From the NCBI RefSeq assembly GCF_006345805.1, contig NC_043007.1, forward strand, positions 18,476,001 through 18,540,000: 64,000 bases of DNA, in the 5' to 3' direction. The notes beneath the pieces were generated by a model, which saw only the letters and a list, made by a program, of their open reading frames with translations, was not told where the DNA came from and searched no databases. Numbering within the stretch: the first letter of the stretch is position 1; every line of letters starts with the position of its first letter. A program made the position numbers and the translations under genes. The stretch is from Octopus sinensis (taxonomy: Eukaryota). This document shows positions 1 through 11,754 of this stretch, piece after piece.

Positions 1-239
1 ACTTAATCCGTTTGTCTGTCCTTGTTTGTCCTCTCTGTGTTTAGCCCCTTGTGGGTAGTAAAGAAATAGGTATATCACACCTGAGTTGGCAACTTTTCCT
101 TTGAATAAAAATTTATTGCATGGGAAACTGCCAGGGTTCCTCAGAAAATCATGTCCAGAGCTGCATCCACAAGTACAGATTCATAATCAACTCCTCGACA
201 GAAATATCATAATATTAAAATGCATGACTACATATAATC

Positions 240-633
240 ATGTTTGTTGTTTTAGGAGCACTCCGTCGGTTGCGACGATGAGGGTCCCAGCTGATACGAT
301 CAACGGAACAGCCTGCTCGTGATATTAACGTGCAAGTGGCTGAGCACTCCACAGACACGTGTACCCTTAACGTAGTTCTCGAGGAGATTCAGCGTGACAC
401 AGAGTGTGACAAGGCCGGCCCTTTGAGATACAGGTACAAGAGAAACAGGAAGAAAGAGTGAGAGAAAGTTGTGGTGAAAGAGTACAGCAGGGCTCACCAC
501 CACCCCCTGCCGGAGCCTCGTGGAGCTTTAGGTGTTTTCGCTCAATAAACACTCACAATGCCCGGTCTGGGAATTGAAACCGCGATCCTCCGACCGCGAG
601 TCCGCTGCCCTAACCACTGGGCCATTGCGCCTC
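240..633 (-). mobile_element. tRNA-derived SINE (related copy at about 40585-40860)
   Basis: Head GGCGCAATGGCCCAGTGGTTAGGGC...GGTTTCAATTCC with A/B boxes; simple-repeat tail. Confidence 0.8.
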
Positions 634-901
634 TACTATGTTTGTATAATTGATCTTATAACACCGAATGTATTGTGCTCCTGGTTGAGAACAAATTCCA
701 ATGAACTTCATAGTTGAATGGTAAGATTGAAAATCGAATGAAATCCAATTGTGAAAAGCACATGCTCCAATAATTTGTAAATATATAAATTTTCATGAAA
801 AGCCCTCATCTTTGTTGAGATGGAGGAAAAAATCAGATGCATAACCAAACTTCTTACCAAAGTTTCATGCCTGACTTAACAAAACTTCCTTATTATTCCA
901 G

Positions 902-1176
902 GTCGTGTTTCTAGAAAAAAACAAAATTGCGATTATGATTCAGTGAATAAGACACCTGACCAGGAAAACCGTATTAAACCTAATACTTCTGCTGAAGAAC
1001 CACCTGAAGATGATGGCATCAGTCATTACATGGCTAAGATAAATACTAATAATAAAACTTCAGATGCAAAACAATCTGAAGACGAAAACATCAGTTATTA
1101 CTTGGCTAAGATCAATGCCAAAGACCATGATGAAAAATCTATTTTTGACAACAGTTATCAGAATTTGGATTTGTAA
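902..1176 (+). CDS. Probable terminal coding exon of an unidentified plus-strand gene (Tyr-motif-rich low-complexity tail)
   Basis: Branch-like ctgac at 871, pyrimidine tract and AG at 900-901; open frame GRVSRKKQNCDYDSV...NSYQNLDL* to TAA at 1176; AATAAA at 1366 and 1379. Confidence 0.55.
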
Positions 1177-1402
1177 AGCTGATTTCTCTTCCACACAGCC
1201 ACATTCTTGATAAACACACAAGCCGTAGCTTATTTGCTGCATTGGTAAATCACCATTCAGTATGATTCAATGATCTCTAGATCACTCTCAAGCAGTGTTC
1301 CCTCTATTTCACTACAACCACCACCACAATCATAGCCACTAATGTTCTTCTCCAAGCTTGCTAACAATAAAACGCATCAATAAAAACTCAAATCATTACA
1401 TA

Positions 1403-1635
1403 TACAGAGGTTGGACAAAACAATGGAAACAACTTAAAATTTCAAACAAATTAATTTTAATATGGAGTAGGACCACCTTTGGCAGTAATTACAGCTTAAG
1501 GTATGGACTCGTACAAAGTCTGAATTGTTTCCAAAGGAAATTTTGTCCGTTCTTCAGCTAAAACAGTCTCCAGTTCTTGTAGTGATGACGGTGGAGGATA
1601 TCGACTCCTTACTCGCTTTTCTAAAATGCACCATA
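1403..1635. mobile_element. Tc1-like DNA transposon end fragment
   Basis: TA followed by CAGAGGTTGGACAAAACAATGGAAAC, a Tc1-type TIR. Confidence 0.55.
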
Positions 1636-1845
1636 AATCATCATCGTTTAACGTCCACTTTCCATGCTAGCATGGGTTGGACGATTTTGACTGAGGGCTG
1701 GCAAACCAGATGGCTGCACTAGGCTCCAATCTGATCAGGCAGAGTTTCTACAGCCACCACTCTGAGAGTGTAGTGGGTGCTTTATGCCATGATAGATCTT
1801 TAGCCACTACACACATTTTTTTCTCTCCTTGTTTTTTCTGTGTCC

Positions 1846-1881
1846 CTTTCTGTAGAAGAGCATAGGCTCGAAACGTAAAAG
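1846..1881 (+). ncRNA. Minimal type I hammerhead-like motif (decayed copy at about 2365-2401)
   Basis: CTTT-CTGTAGA-A-GAGC atag GCTC-GAAA-CG-TA-AAAG; stems I and II pair; A6 replaced by U. Confidence 0.5.
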
Positions 1882-2799
1882 ACTTTTTCTATTCCTAAGC
1901 GTTACACTAATACATCTGTTTGCTTTGTACACCACATCTCTTCGTCTTTTGTTTTTTCCTTAAACTCTCCCTATGTACATATATATATATATTATCATAA
2001 GAGATACACACATACATACATACATATATGTATGCTCCTTTGCACCACATGGGCTCAACTCCCCTCCTCTCTTCATCTAACACCTACTTACTCTCTTCAT
2101 TGATATTAAAACACTTCCCAGCACCCACACACCATCATCAACACAATCAATAGTGTCATCACACATACCATTATATTGATCAGCTACACGTTACAGATGC
2201 ACACACCCACATATCAAATTCACTAGCCCCTATTCACACACACACACACGTGCACCTTCATATGGGAGCACCATCACTTTATTACCTCCCTTTCTTCCAA
2301 TCGCCATGCTTGAAAGCTAAATCTACAGGCATTTTCTTCATTCTCTGTTTATTTCCTGTTATTCCTCTCTATTGAAGAATGTAGGATCAAAACGTAAAAG
2401 ACTTCATTTTTCCAAGCATCAAACTAATACACCTGTTTGTTGTTTATACACCTGTCTGCGTCTTTTGCTTTTCTATAAATTTCAACTGTATATATCATCA
2501 TCATCATCATTTAACGTCCATTTTCCATGCTGGCATGGGTTGGACCGATTCACTGAGGTCTGGAGAGCCAGTGGTTGCACCAGGCTCCATATGTATTTAT
2601 ATCAAAGCTGCTACTTTATCAGAAAACTGTTACTCAGAGTTTCATGTTACTATTTATTGGACAGGTTCTGCATCTTACTCTTCTTTTGGTATTTGAGAAC
2701 TATTTTTCCACCTTGTTTTGCACATTTGTGTGTGTATATACATAAAAATATCTTGAAATACTAAAGAGTAAATTTATTCAATAAAATTGCCATTGGCTT

Positions 2800-3250
2800 T
2801 AACCATATCCTCCAGACGAATTCTGAATCTCTTGCAACTCTTCTGCATGGTCTCCTTATTTAAGTTGGTAAATGCTGCTATAATCCTTGCCTTCAGTTCA
2901 TCTTTGGTGGTACAAGGAGTTTTGTTGGTCTCTCGTTCAACTGTGCCCCACACATAATAATCAAGGGGAATGCAGTCTGGGGAGGTAGATGGTCAGATGT
3001 TAGGGCTGATGTGGTTGCAGAAATTGTCTGACAGCCATGACTGAGTTCTCCTGCTTGTGTGGCATGGTGCAGAATCCTGTTGCCAGACATAGGACCTTCC
3101 AGCAGTCACCCTTTTGACCCAGATCAGCACTACCTCCGTCAAACACTTAATGTAGGCCTCCATGTTGAGCCTGAGGTTGTATGGGAAGATGAAGGGAGGC
3201 ATAACATTGCCATCACTAGTGATCACTCCAAAACCCAAGAGGTTTTCCAT
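2800..3250 (-). mobile_element. Degenerate Tc1/mariner-superfamily transposase fragment
   Basis: WQQDSAPCHTSRRTQSWL and, after a stop/frameshift, a PDCxPLDYYVWG-like motif. Confidence 0.8.
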
Positions 3251-4261
3251 GCAGCTCTATCATCAGCTAACTTTTCCCCAAGCCTTTGCATCATTGTGGC
3301 ACACACACACACATTCCTAAATTTTTGTCATAATGACTTTGGTAGGCTTCTTTCTTATTAACTGTCGGGCAAACTTCAACTCAATATTTTATCTCACTTC
3401 CTTGCTTTGTGATATATATACTCACACAGACATTGCTCATTTACACTATATACTCATTATGTGGGCTCTTAAAACTTCGCAATGATCTCCAGAAGGCTAG
3501 TTATATCTATGACACCCTTCAACAAGACCGTATAACCATATAATTATGCATGTCAGAAAGCAAACTGATATTGTTTCTGTGTTTTACTTCATGTACTAAA
3601 AATACTAAGAATTGTGTAATAAAGATTTGGATATATGTTCATATGTATGTCTCTCTCTCTCTATGTATATATATATATATATATATATATACATGAGCAA
3701 AACGCACCCCACCCCTCAAAACAACTTGTCCGACCGTCCCATAGGCCTCCCCTTTGAGAAACACTGATTTAACCTAAATTTGAGATACCAGCAAAAGAAG
3801 AAATAAAGATAGAAAGTTAAGGCAAAAAAAAAAAAAAACTTCTTGAGAAACCTAATAGTCTTTCCTTCCTTCATGCCAAGTTTGAAGAAAATATCTCTTT
3901 TGCATCTTACTTTTTTGGTCTCTTAAATATACTGCATTTTGTGGCATTATTTCGAACCAGTCGGCTTTTTTGCACAAACTGCACGTGCACTTTTCTCATG
4001 TACACCTAGTATCGATCACAACAGCTGATGTACTTGTGCATACAAATGCATGTTCCCACGGCTTTATCAATCGCATTCTAACCTGGAATTGATTTTTGTA
4101 ATTTTTCCAAGACTTGTACACGCCCTGATACCGTCAGTATCTACATATCAAATTTGAGCGCAATCGGATGGAGGATGCCTGAGATCCTAGAAGACACACA
4201 CGCAGACAGGCAGAACGGATTTTATATAATATACACACACACATATATATATATATATATA

Positions 4262-5052
4262 CTAGCAGTATTGCCCGGCTCGTGCATTCTATGCACGCGC
4301 GAATTAAGCTAAACTTGGATGAAGTTCAATTATTTTGGTTTTAAAATCAAGCATTTAATGCCCTCTATTTTTGCGCTTATGTGTTCCATTTCCTCAATAG
4401 GAAGTTCGTAGAAGCATTTCATAAATTTTTGTTGATCAAATAATTGCATTGTTGAATTATTCTTTTAGATCGGTATTTCTCAACGGAGATTTCAGGGGAG
4501 AGTTTCAGGGAGTTGCTGGCAATGTATCGTGATGATCAGAAATCTGGCCTGCTAAAATTTGGTTTAAGTGATTCAAACTGCAGACTCAACGCAAAATGGT
4601 CACATTTAATTCAAACTGTTAAAAATGTTATGAAAACAATTGGTATGTGTTCACAAAGTCCAAACGATTAATAAGAAAAAAACCCTCCAGGATACATCCT
4701 GAAAATTCATTTCTTTGCCAAATTTCTACAATGTTTACGGCGATTCGTTTTTATATCTTGATTTTTTATTTTTCATGCAATTTACGCATGCTTGCACGCG
4801 TGGTGAACACAGTTCACGTCAAACAGCTGACTGATTAAAGTTCACTATTCAATGCATGGGATAAGGCCTAAACAAACACATTATTGATTTTTGCACTTGT
4901 GAGATGAATTTCGGAACAGAAATAGCGCAGTTCAATTTTCATTCGCCTAAACTTTAAGTAACCCATTTTTGGTGGTTCTACGATTTGTTGGCTAGGAGAT
5001 GTGCCGGGAAGTTAAACACGCAGACACACAAGCTGAGTTTTATATATATAGA
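4262..5052 (-). mobile_element. Non-autonomous Helitron-like element
   Basis: Minus strand starts TCTATATATATAAAAC and ends GCCGGGCAATACTGCTAG; sits between A and T, no TSD. Confidence 0.7.
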
Positions 5053-5349
5053 TATATCATGGAATCCTGGTCTAAGAAAGTAATTCATTCCTGAAGGCCG
5101 TTGTAACAAACTATTTTTCTCATAGGAAATTCAAGAGAAGACAACAAATTCAAGCAAGGATGTGCACTCAGTGGAAGCTAGAACACAACTGATTCTTTCC
5201 CACTGGTGTTCCCAGCTTGCATGTTCATTACTTGGAACACTGTTTGTCATGCAAAGCATTTTATGTTCAAAATATTGTAAACCAATTTGTTTATGATGAG
5301 CAGCGTTTGCAAACCAAGGCTTTACTGCTTATGTATACATATATAAATA

Positions 5350-5602
5350 ATAAGTGTGCCCTTTTAAAGCCTAGCCAGGCTCATGGGCCCAGTTTCCCAG
5401 TTTCAATAGTGTATGTGTTCCCCAGCTGGACGGGACGCCAGTCCATCGCAGTGTTACTCATTTTTGCCAGCTGAGTGGACTGGAGCAACATGAAATGAAG
5501 TGTTTTGCTCAAGAACACAACGCGTTGCCTGGTCCAGGAATCGAAACCACAATCTTATGATCATGATGCTGACACCCTAACCACTAAGCCACGTGCCTCC
5601 AC
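5350..5602 (-). mobile_element. tRNA-derived SINE (copy at 26185-26447 flanked by TSD AACTGAATGAATAA)
   Basis: A box TGGCTTAGTGG, B box GGTTTCGATTCC; near-identical dispersed copies. Confidence 0.8.
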
Positions 5603-5637
<35 letters not shown>

Positions 5638-7019
5638 GCTCACAAACATGAGATATTGAGTTTGATACCCAAACTAGGTTTGTGTTGTGTTCTTGAGCAA
5701 GACACTATATTTCATGTTGCTCCAGGTCACTCAGCTGTAGAAATGAGTTGCAACATCACTGGTGCCAAGTTATATCGTTCTTTGCTTTTTTCCAGGCAAC
5801 ATCAGTGGCATGGAGAGGGGAGTCTGGGATGCATGGCCGATTGTTGGTCTTCCACAGACTTGTGCCTCAGAGGGTAACTTTTTCCAGGTGCAATCCCATG
5901 GTCAAGTATTTTTATGGCAAGTGAGGCATAAATCAATTTAACATTGAACTGAGGGTTTACTCAAGATTTTTTACTTGTGTACGTTTAATAAACTTTTGCT
6001 AAGAAAAGTTTGACAGAATCCTCAAAAATACAGATTACTTACCTTTGATGTTTTGGTGAAGGTGAGTAAACAGAAACTTCAAAAACCAACCAACATTTCC
6101 CACATAAAAGTTCATCATCATTGTTTAACATCTGTTTTCCATGCTGGCATGGGTTGGATGGTTTGACTGAAGTCTGGAGAGCCAGTGGTTCCACCAGGCT
6201 CCAGTCTGACCTGGCAATGTTTCTACAGCTGAATATATCTTAACTTTTACTTGTTTCAGTTATTAGACTGTGGCCATGCTGGGGTACTGCCTTGAAGAAT
6301 TACTAGTTAAATGAAGCAACCCTAGTAATTATTTTTTGCAAGTCTGGTACTAATTCTATTGGCCACTTTTGCTGAATTGTTGCGTTACAGGAACCCACCA
6401 ACCCTGATTGTCAAACATTGACAGTGGGGATAAACGCAAAGATGCACACACACACACACAAATATATATATACACGACAAGATTATTTCAGTTTCCATCT
6501 ACCTGATACATTCACAATGGTTTGGTTGGCCTGAGGATAGTACAAGACACTTGCCCAAGGTGCCACACAGTGGGACAGAACCTGGGAACCATGTGGTTGG
6601 GAAGCAAACTTCTTACTAACATCATTTGCTGAGGTACATGTTTTTCAGCTGGGTGCCCTTTCTGTCACCAACCTTCACCTGTTTCTAATTAAGGTAATAT
6701 CTTATGGTTAGACACCCCCCCCCCCAACACAGAAAGACAGCTGTGTAAAGAAGTGCCAAGCTGTAATTGTGGCAGGAACCTGCTGAAGGTGTAGACCCAG
6801 GAAAACATAGGATGAAGTGGTGAGAAAGGATCTTCAAATGCTCAGCCCCGAGGGAACCTGGTGCTTTTTCTCTTGACATGAGCACAAATGAAGATAGCAT
6901 ATGGCTTGCAGGACTAAGATTTCATTAAGCTTCATTTGAGTAGGTCTGTGTGCTAAGTGTTGAGAGGTTAAAGTATGAAAGAAGAGGCAAGAATAGGATT
7001 CTTGCCATAGAGGAGATAC

Positions 7020-7410
7020 ACATCATCGTTTAACATCCACTTTCCATGCTAGCATGTGTTGGACGATTTGACTGAGGTCTGGCGAACCAGATGGCTGCAC
7101 CAGGCTCTAATCTGATCCTGCAGAGTTTCTACAGCTGGATGCCTTTCCTAATGCCAACCACTCCGAGAGTCTAGTGGGTGCTTTTACATGCCACCGGCAC
7201 GAGGGCCAGTCAGGCGGTACTGGCAATGGCCACGCTCAAATGGTGTTTTTTATGTGCCGCCTGCACAGGAGCCAGTCCAGCAGCACTGGCAATGACCTCG
7301 CTCGATTGTTTTTTTATGTGCCACCAGCACAAGCGCCAGTAAGGCGACACAGGTAACGATCATGTTTGAATGATGTTTTTTGGCAACAAGCTGGCCTCCG
7401 TGCCAGTACT
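7020..7410 (-). mobile_element. RTE-LINE 3' end family (other copies at about 1637, 17895, 22690, 27115, 28085, 38048, 59222, 63765)
   Basis: Shared end CATGCTAGCATGGAAAGyGGACGTTAAACG(ATG)n; the same end terminates the RT-bearing fragment at about 50160. Confidence 0.75.
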
Positions 7411-8426
7411 CACATTATATAAGGCGGGTGAAAATAATTAGCATGAGGCAGGGAAGAGAAAGAGAGAGATAAAGATGGTGGTGATGAAATGAATGAAAAA
7501 AGTAGTTATTCAGTAAATAATAGAATGAATGTTTGTGACTGCATCTGAGAGGAAAAAAAGAACAAAGAAGAGAGAAGACAAGAGGGAAGAAAAGGAAGAG
7601 GTATGGCATAACAAAAAGAGTGAGTCTATAGGATGTCAAAAGTAGACATCAGAATAACAGAATCTAGAATTAAAAAAATGAATTAATCAAAAACTCATCT
7701 GGTCTTACACCAGTTTTTTTTTTGTCATTTTATTTTTTAATATTCTTTCATATCATTTTATCTTCAATGATTCAATATCTACATTTATCAGTCAAATACA
7801 GAGAAATATTAAGCAATCAGAGCTTCAGAATAAATTAATGGTTTGAAAAATAATCTGGGAAGATTATTATCTCAGCATTTTATTATTATTATTATATTAT
7901 TATTAATAATATCATTATCTTCATCACCATCATCCTCATCATTGTCTTTCTTTTTGGCAGTGAGAACCATGTAAGAGAAAACATTTATTTGTTACAATTT
8001 TCAAGACTAAATGCATTAAATATCATATGACCATAGTTGAGAATGGTGCTGGTGTCACATGAAATGGCACAGCAATACATTCACATTTATCTAGATCACA
8101 TATAAGGTTACTTGGCAGAATTTTAACAATGAAGTACCAAGTCATTCACCATTTATTTTTCTGATGAAATATGGCCCTCAGTTTTAACATGTGATAACCA
8201 AACAAAACATGACAATCAGACAACATACATGACAATCAATGAATCAATACATACATTTATTTATTTATATTAAGGGCATTACTATACATAAATGCCCTTA
8301 ATATAAATAAATACATTTATAGGGAAAAATTAATAAATTTTTCCCTTATGAGGTTTTTCACGCTAACTACTTGATAAATTCTTATAAAGATTTTATCCTA
8401 TATTTAAATTATATATATATATATAT

Positions 8427-8740
8427 AATTAAGGGAAATAACCTCTATTAATCAATTCAATAGTGAAAGACATTATCCATATTACATAGAAAAAATTTAA
8501 ATATACCATAAATATTATTTTTAAAAAATCAATAAATATTTAATTTATTGATTTTTTGAATAATATTTATTATAGCATACTTAAACTTTTTCTATATAAT
8601 ATGGATAATGTCTTTCACTATTGAATTGATTAATAGAGGTTATTTCTCTCAATTATATACATATATTATATATTGTGAAATTTGATTTAGAATTGCTAAA
8701 TTGAATTTTTCCCTGTAAGTTTGGAATTATATTCCCTACT
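8427..8740. repeat. Fold-back AT-rich element, copy 1
   Basis: About 110-bp inverted arms over 8427-8654, then a 3' block shared with copy 2. Confidence 0.8.
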
Positions 8741-8778
8741 ATTATTATTATTATTATTATTATATATGTTCCCTACTA

Positions 8779-8811
<33 letters not shown>

Positions 8812-9448
8812 TATTTCCTACTATTATTATATATATATATGTATGTTATTGTTATTAACCAGACTGGTAGCATTATACACTGCTGCTAAATTGGCAGCTC
8901 CTTACATTGTGTCTTTCAAATGATGTCACTCCAGTGGCAAGGCAGGTAGGTCCACATGCCAGTCCATTGCAAGATACTCATTTACAGCTGAATGGATTGG
9001 AGTAATATGAAGTGAAGTGTCTTGCTCAAGAACACAATGCACCACCAGTCTGGGAGTTGAAATCACAAGCTTGCAATTGGGAGTTCAACACCCTAACCAC
9101 TTAGCCATATACCTTCACTGTATGTGTGTACATGTGTGCATGTGTGTGATCAAAATGACTCGAAAAAGAGATGAGACTTGTGTTGGTCTGTGCCTGAATT
9201 TCCATCATGGGGAGTGGAAAAACAAAAAGTTTCAGACAAGTGTTTTCCTCTGAGGAAAAGTCAACAGAAGAGAAATTAAGAGACCACAGAGTTTTACATC
9301 CTCTATGTTAGGAAAATTCTACTACTGACTCTTTTTTTAATTTCTCTCCAGTCAATTTCCCCCCTGAATGAGAACTCTGTCAGAAACATTGAGCTTTCCT
9401 TTCCACACAGCAAGTTCACTGAATTCTTTTTGTCAATTTTACTAAATG

Positions 9449-9513
<65 letters not shown>

Positions 9514-9672
9514 GAATAAAAAATGGAGTTAACGCAGGTGTAAACAAATATTTTTACTTTCGACACATGTTTCGAAAATTCCACTGATACTATTCAAAAT
9601 ATTTTTGCTGCCCTGGTAACTAATTATTTATTTTTCCGTGTTAATTTTTAACAACGTAAAAATACACTCATC

Positions 9673-9712
<40 letters not shown>

Positions 9713-9714
<2 letters not shown>

Positions 9715-10110
9715 ATAAATTAGAAAAAAACCCACCTTTTATCAATTCAATAATGAAAAATTAAATTATACCATTTAGAAAATTACATATTATAGAAAGA
9801 TTAAATATAAGATAAAACATATAACGATGATTAAGTAATGTGCAAAATAATAAATAAAACCAAATATATACGTTTTATTTATTATTTTGCACATTACTTA
9901 ATCATCGCTATATATTTTATCGTATATTTAATCTTTCTATAATATGTAATTTTTCTAAATGGTATAATTTAATTTTTCATTATTGAATTGATAAAAGGTG
10001 GTTTATTTTCTAATTTATATATATATTATATTTTGTGAAATTTGATTTAGTATTTCTAAATTGAATTTTTCCCTGTAAGTTTGGAATAATATTCCTTCAT
10101 ATTATTATTA
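9713..10110. repeat. Fold-back AT-rich element, copy 2
   Basis: About 148-bp inverted arms over 9713-10020; same 3' block TGTGAAATTTGATTTAG...TTTCCCTGTAAGTTTGGAA. Confidence 0.8.
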
Positions 10111-10259
10111 TATATTGTGTGGGTATGTATTTATTTATGTATGTATGTATGTATGTATGACAGACAACATATAACAATCAATACATTTGATAATCAGTAA
10201 ATATAATACAGTGATTCAACATATAGATATTTAACAGAAGACTTAAATTACAGATTTGG

Positions 10260-11754
10260 TCACCTGCTTGGTGCAAATACTGTAGCAGAAGCAGTTTCTG
10301 CAGTAACATTAGTAGTAACAACTGTAGAACTAGTTGTTGTTGTTGTTGCTGCTGCTACTTCTGTTTGTGTAGGTAACAGTGGGGTTATCGGTATGGGTAC
10401 AGGGGGAGGAGTTGTTAACGTTGAAGTTACCACTGTAGGCACAGTAGGGGGTAACGTTGCAGTTACTAGGGTGGACATAGAAGGGGTAGGTATTGTAGAG
10501 GTTACTGGTGTCTGTCCCGGAGGCAGGGGCAACATACAGGTGGCTTGTTTTTGTGCAGGAGGAGGAGGAGGAGGTAACGTTGCAGTTACTAGGGTGGACG
10601 TAGAAGGGGTAGGTATTGTAGAGGTCACTGGTGTCTGCCCTGGAGGCAGGGGCAACAGAGAGGTCACTTGTGTTTGTGCAGGAGGAGGAGGTGGAGGAGG
10701 TAACGTTGCAGTTACTAGAGTGGACGTAGAAGGGGTAGGTATTGTAGAGGTCACTGGTGTCTGTCCCGGAGGCAGGGGCAACATACAGGTGGCTTGTTTT
10801 TGTGCAGGAGGAGGAGGAGGTAACGTTGCAGTTACTAGAGTGGACGTAGAAGGGGTAGGTATTGTAGAGGTCACTGGTGTCTGCCCTGGAGGCAGTAGCA
10901 ACAGAGAGGTCACTTGTGTTTGTGCAGGAGGAGGAGGGGGTAATGTTGTAGTTACTTGTGTTTGAGTAGGAGGGAGAGGTAACATAGAGGTCACTTGTGT
11001 AGCTGCAGGAGGCGGTAATGTGGTGGCCAGCATTTGCGCAGGGGCTGGTGGTAGTGTTGTAGTTACTGGTCTTTGCACAAGAGGGGGAGGTAATGCCGCG
11101 GTTTCCAGCGTGGATGTCGGTGGAGGAGGAGGCGGTAACGTAGTTGTTGTTACCAGTGCTGGTACCGACATCTGGGGAACGCCAGGATTCACATTTGTTG
11201 GGTTCCCGGCTGAGCTGTTTTGACCCGCGTCCGTCTTTGGTGCAATTGTCGGAGACACGAGGTACATGTGGACAACAGTCTGCTTTTGGTTCTTAGGACG
11301 TACTTCAACTAATATTACTTTCTGTGTACCGTTATCATTGCTGATCTCAGCTTCAGTGATGCTGACAATCTCATCTTGTAGAGTATTGATGTGTTTGTTC
11401 AAGCCCATTTGCTGTAGAAACGTTCTTGCCAACGAACTGCTATCTTTAACAACGTCAGCAGAGTTATCCAGCAAACTTGGTGTGGCATTTTGATTAGTTG
11501 CAGCAACCTCTTTCCCACCAACTGCTCCGGTTGACCCTGGAGTTCCCACTGTGATAGTGGATGGACAAGTCTTGCTGCTGTCCACAACACTGGTTGTAGC
11601 ATTCTCTTCACCTGTACTCACTGATCCGCTCCGACCAAGTTCCATTAATATGCCCACGACCTCTTCCTCTGCATTCGTTTGGTTGTTGCCGACGTTCTTC
11701 TGTTGAGCTCTTTGGACCACGTTGTTGGGCTTTTTACCGGTTGCGTTCCCAGTG
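10260..11754 (-). CDS. BDP1: BDP1 probable terminal coding exon (Pro/Thr-rich repeats)
   Basis: ttttgcag acceptor, phase 2 compatible with the previous exon; about 497-codon GC-richer open frame to TGA; the 15 exons sum to 4527 nt. Confidence 0.7.

Noticed and set aside
555-633. tRNA gene
   Set aside because: Cloverleaf is imperfect and runs straight into a dispersed SINE body; the same holds for other tRNA-like heads
6036-6070. Strong donor-like sites on both strands
   Set aside because: No matching acceptor or open exon found
9555-9600. Hammerhead half-motif GAAACATGT on the minus strand
   Set aside because: No CUGANGA core and position 17 would be G
10393-10965. 190-aa Gly/Val-rich plus-strand ORF
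   Set aside because: Antisense shadow of the BDP1 Pro/Thr repeat
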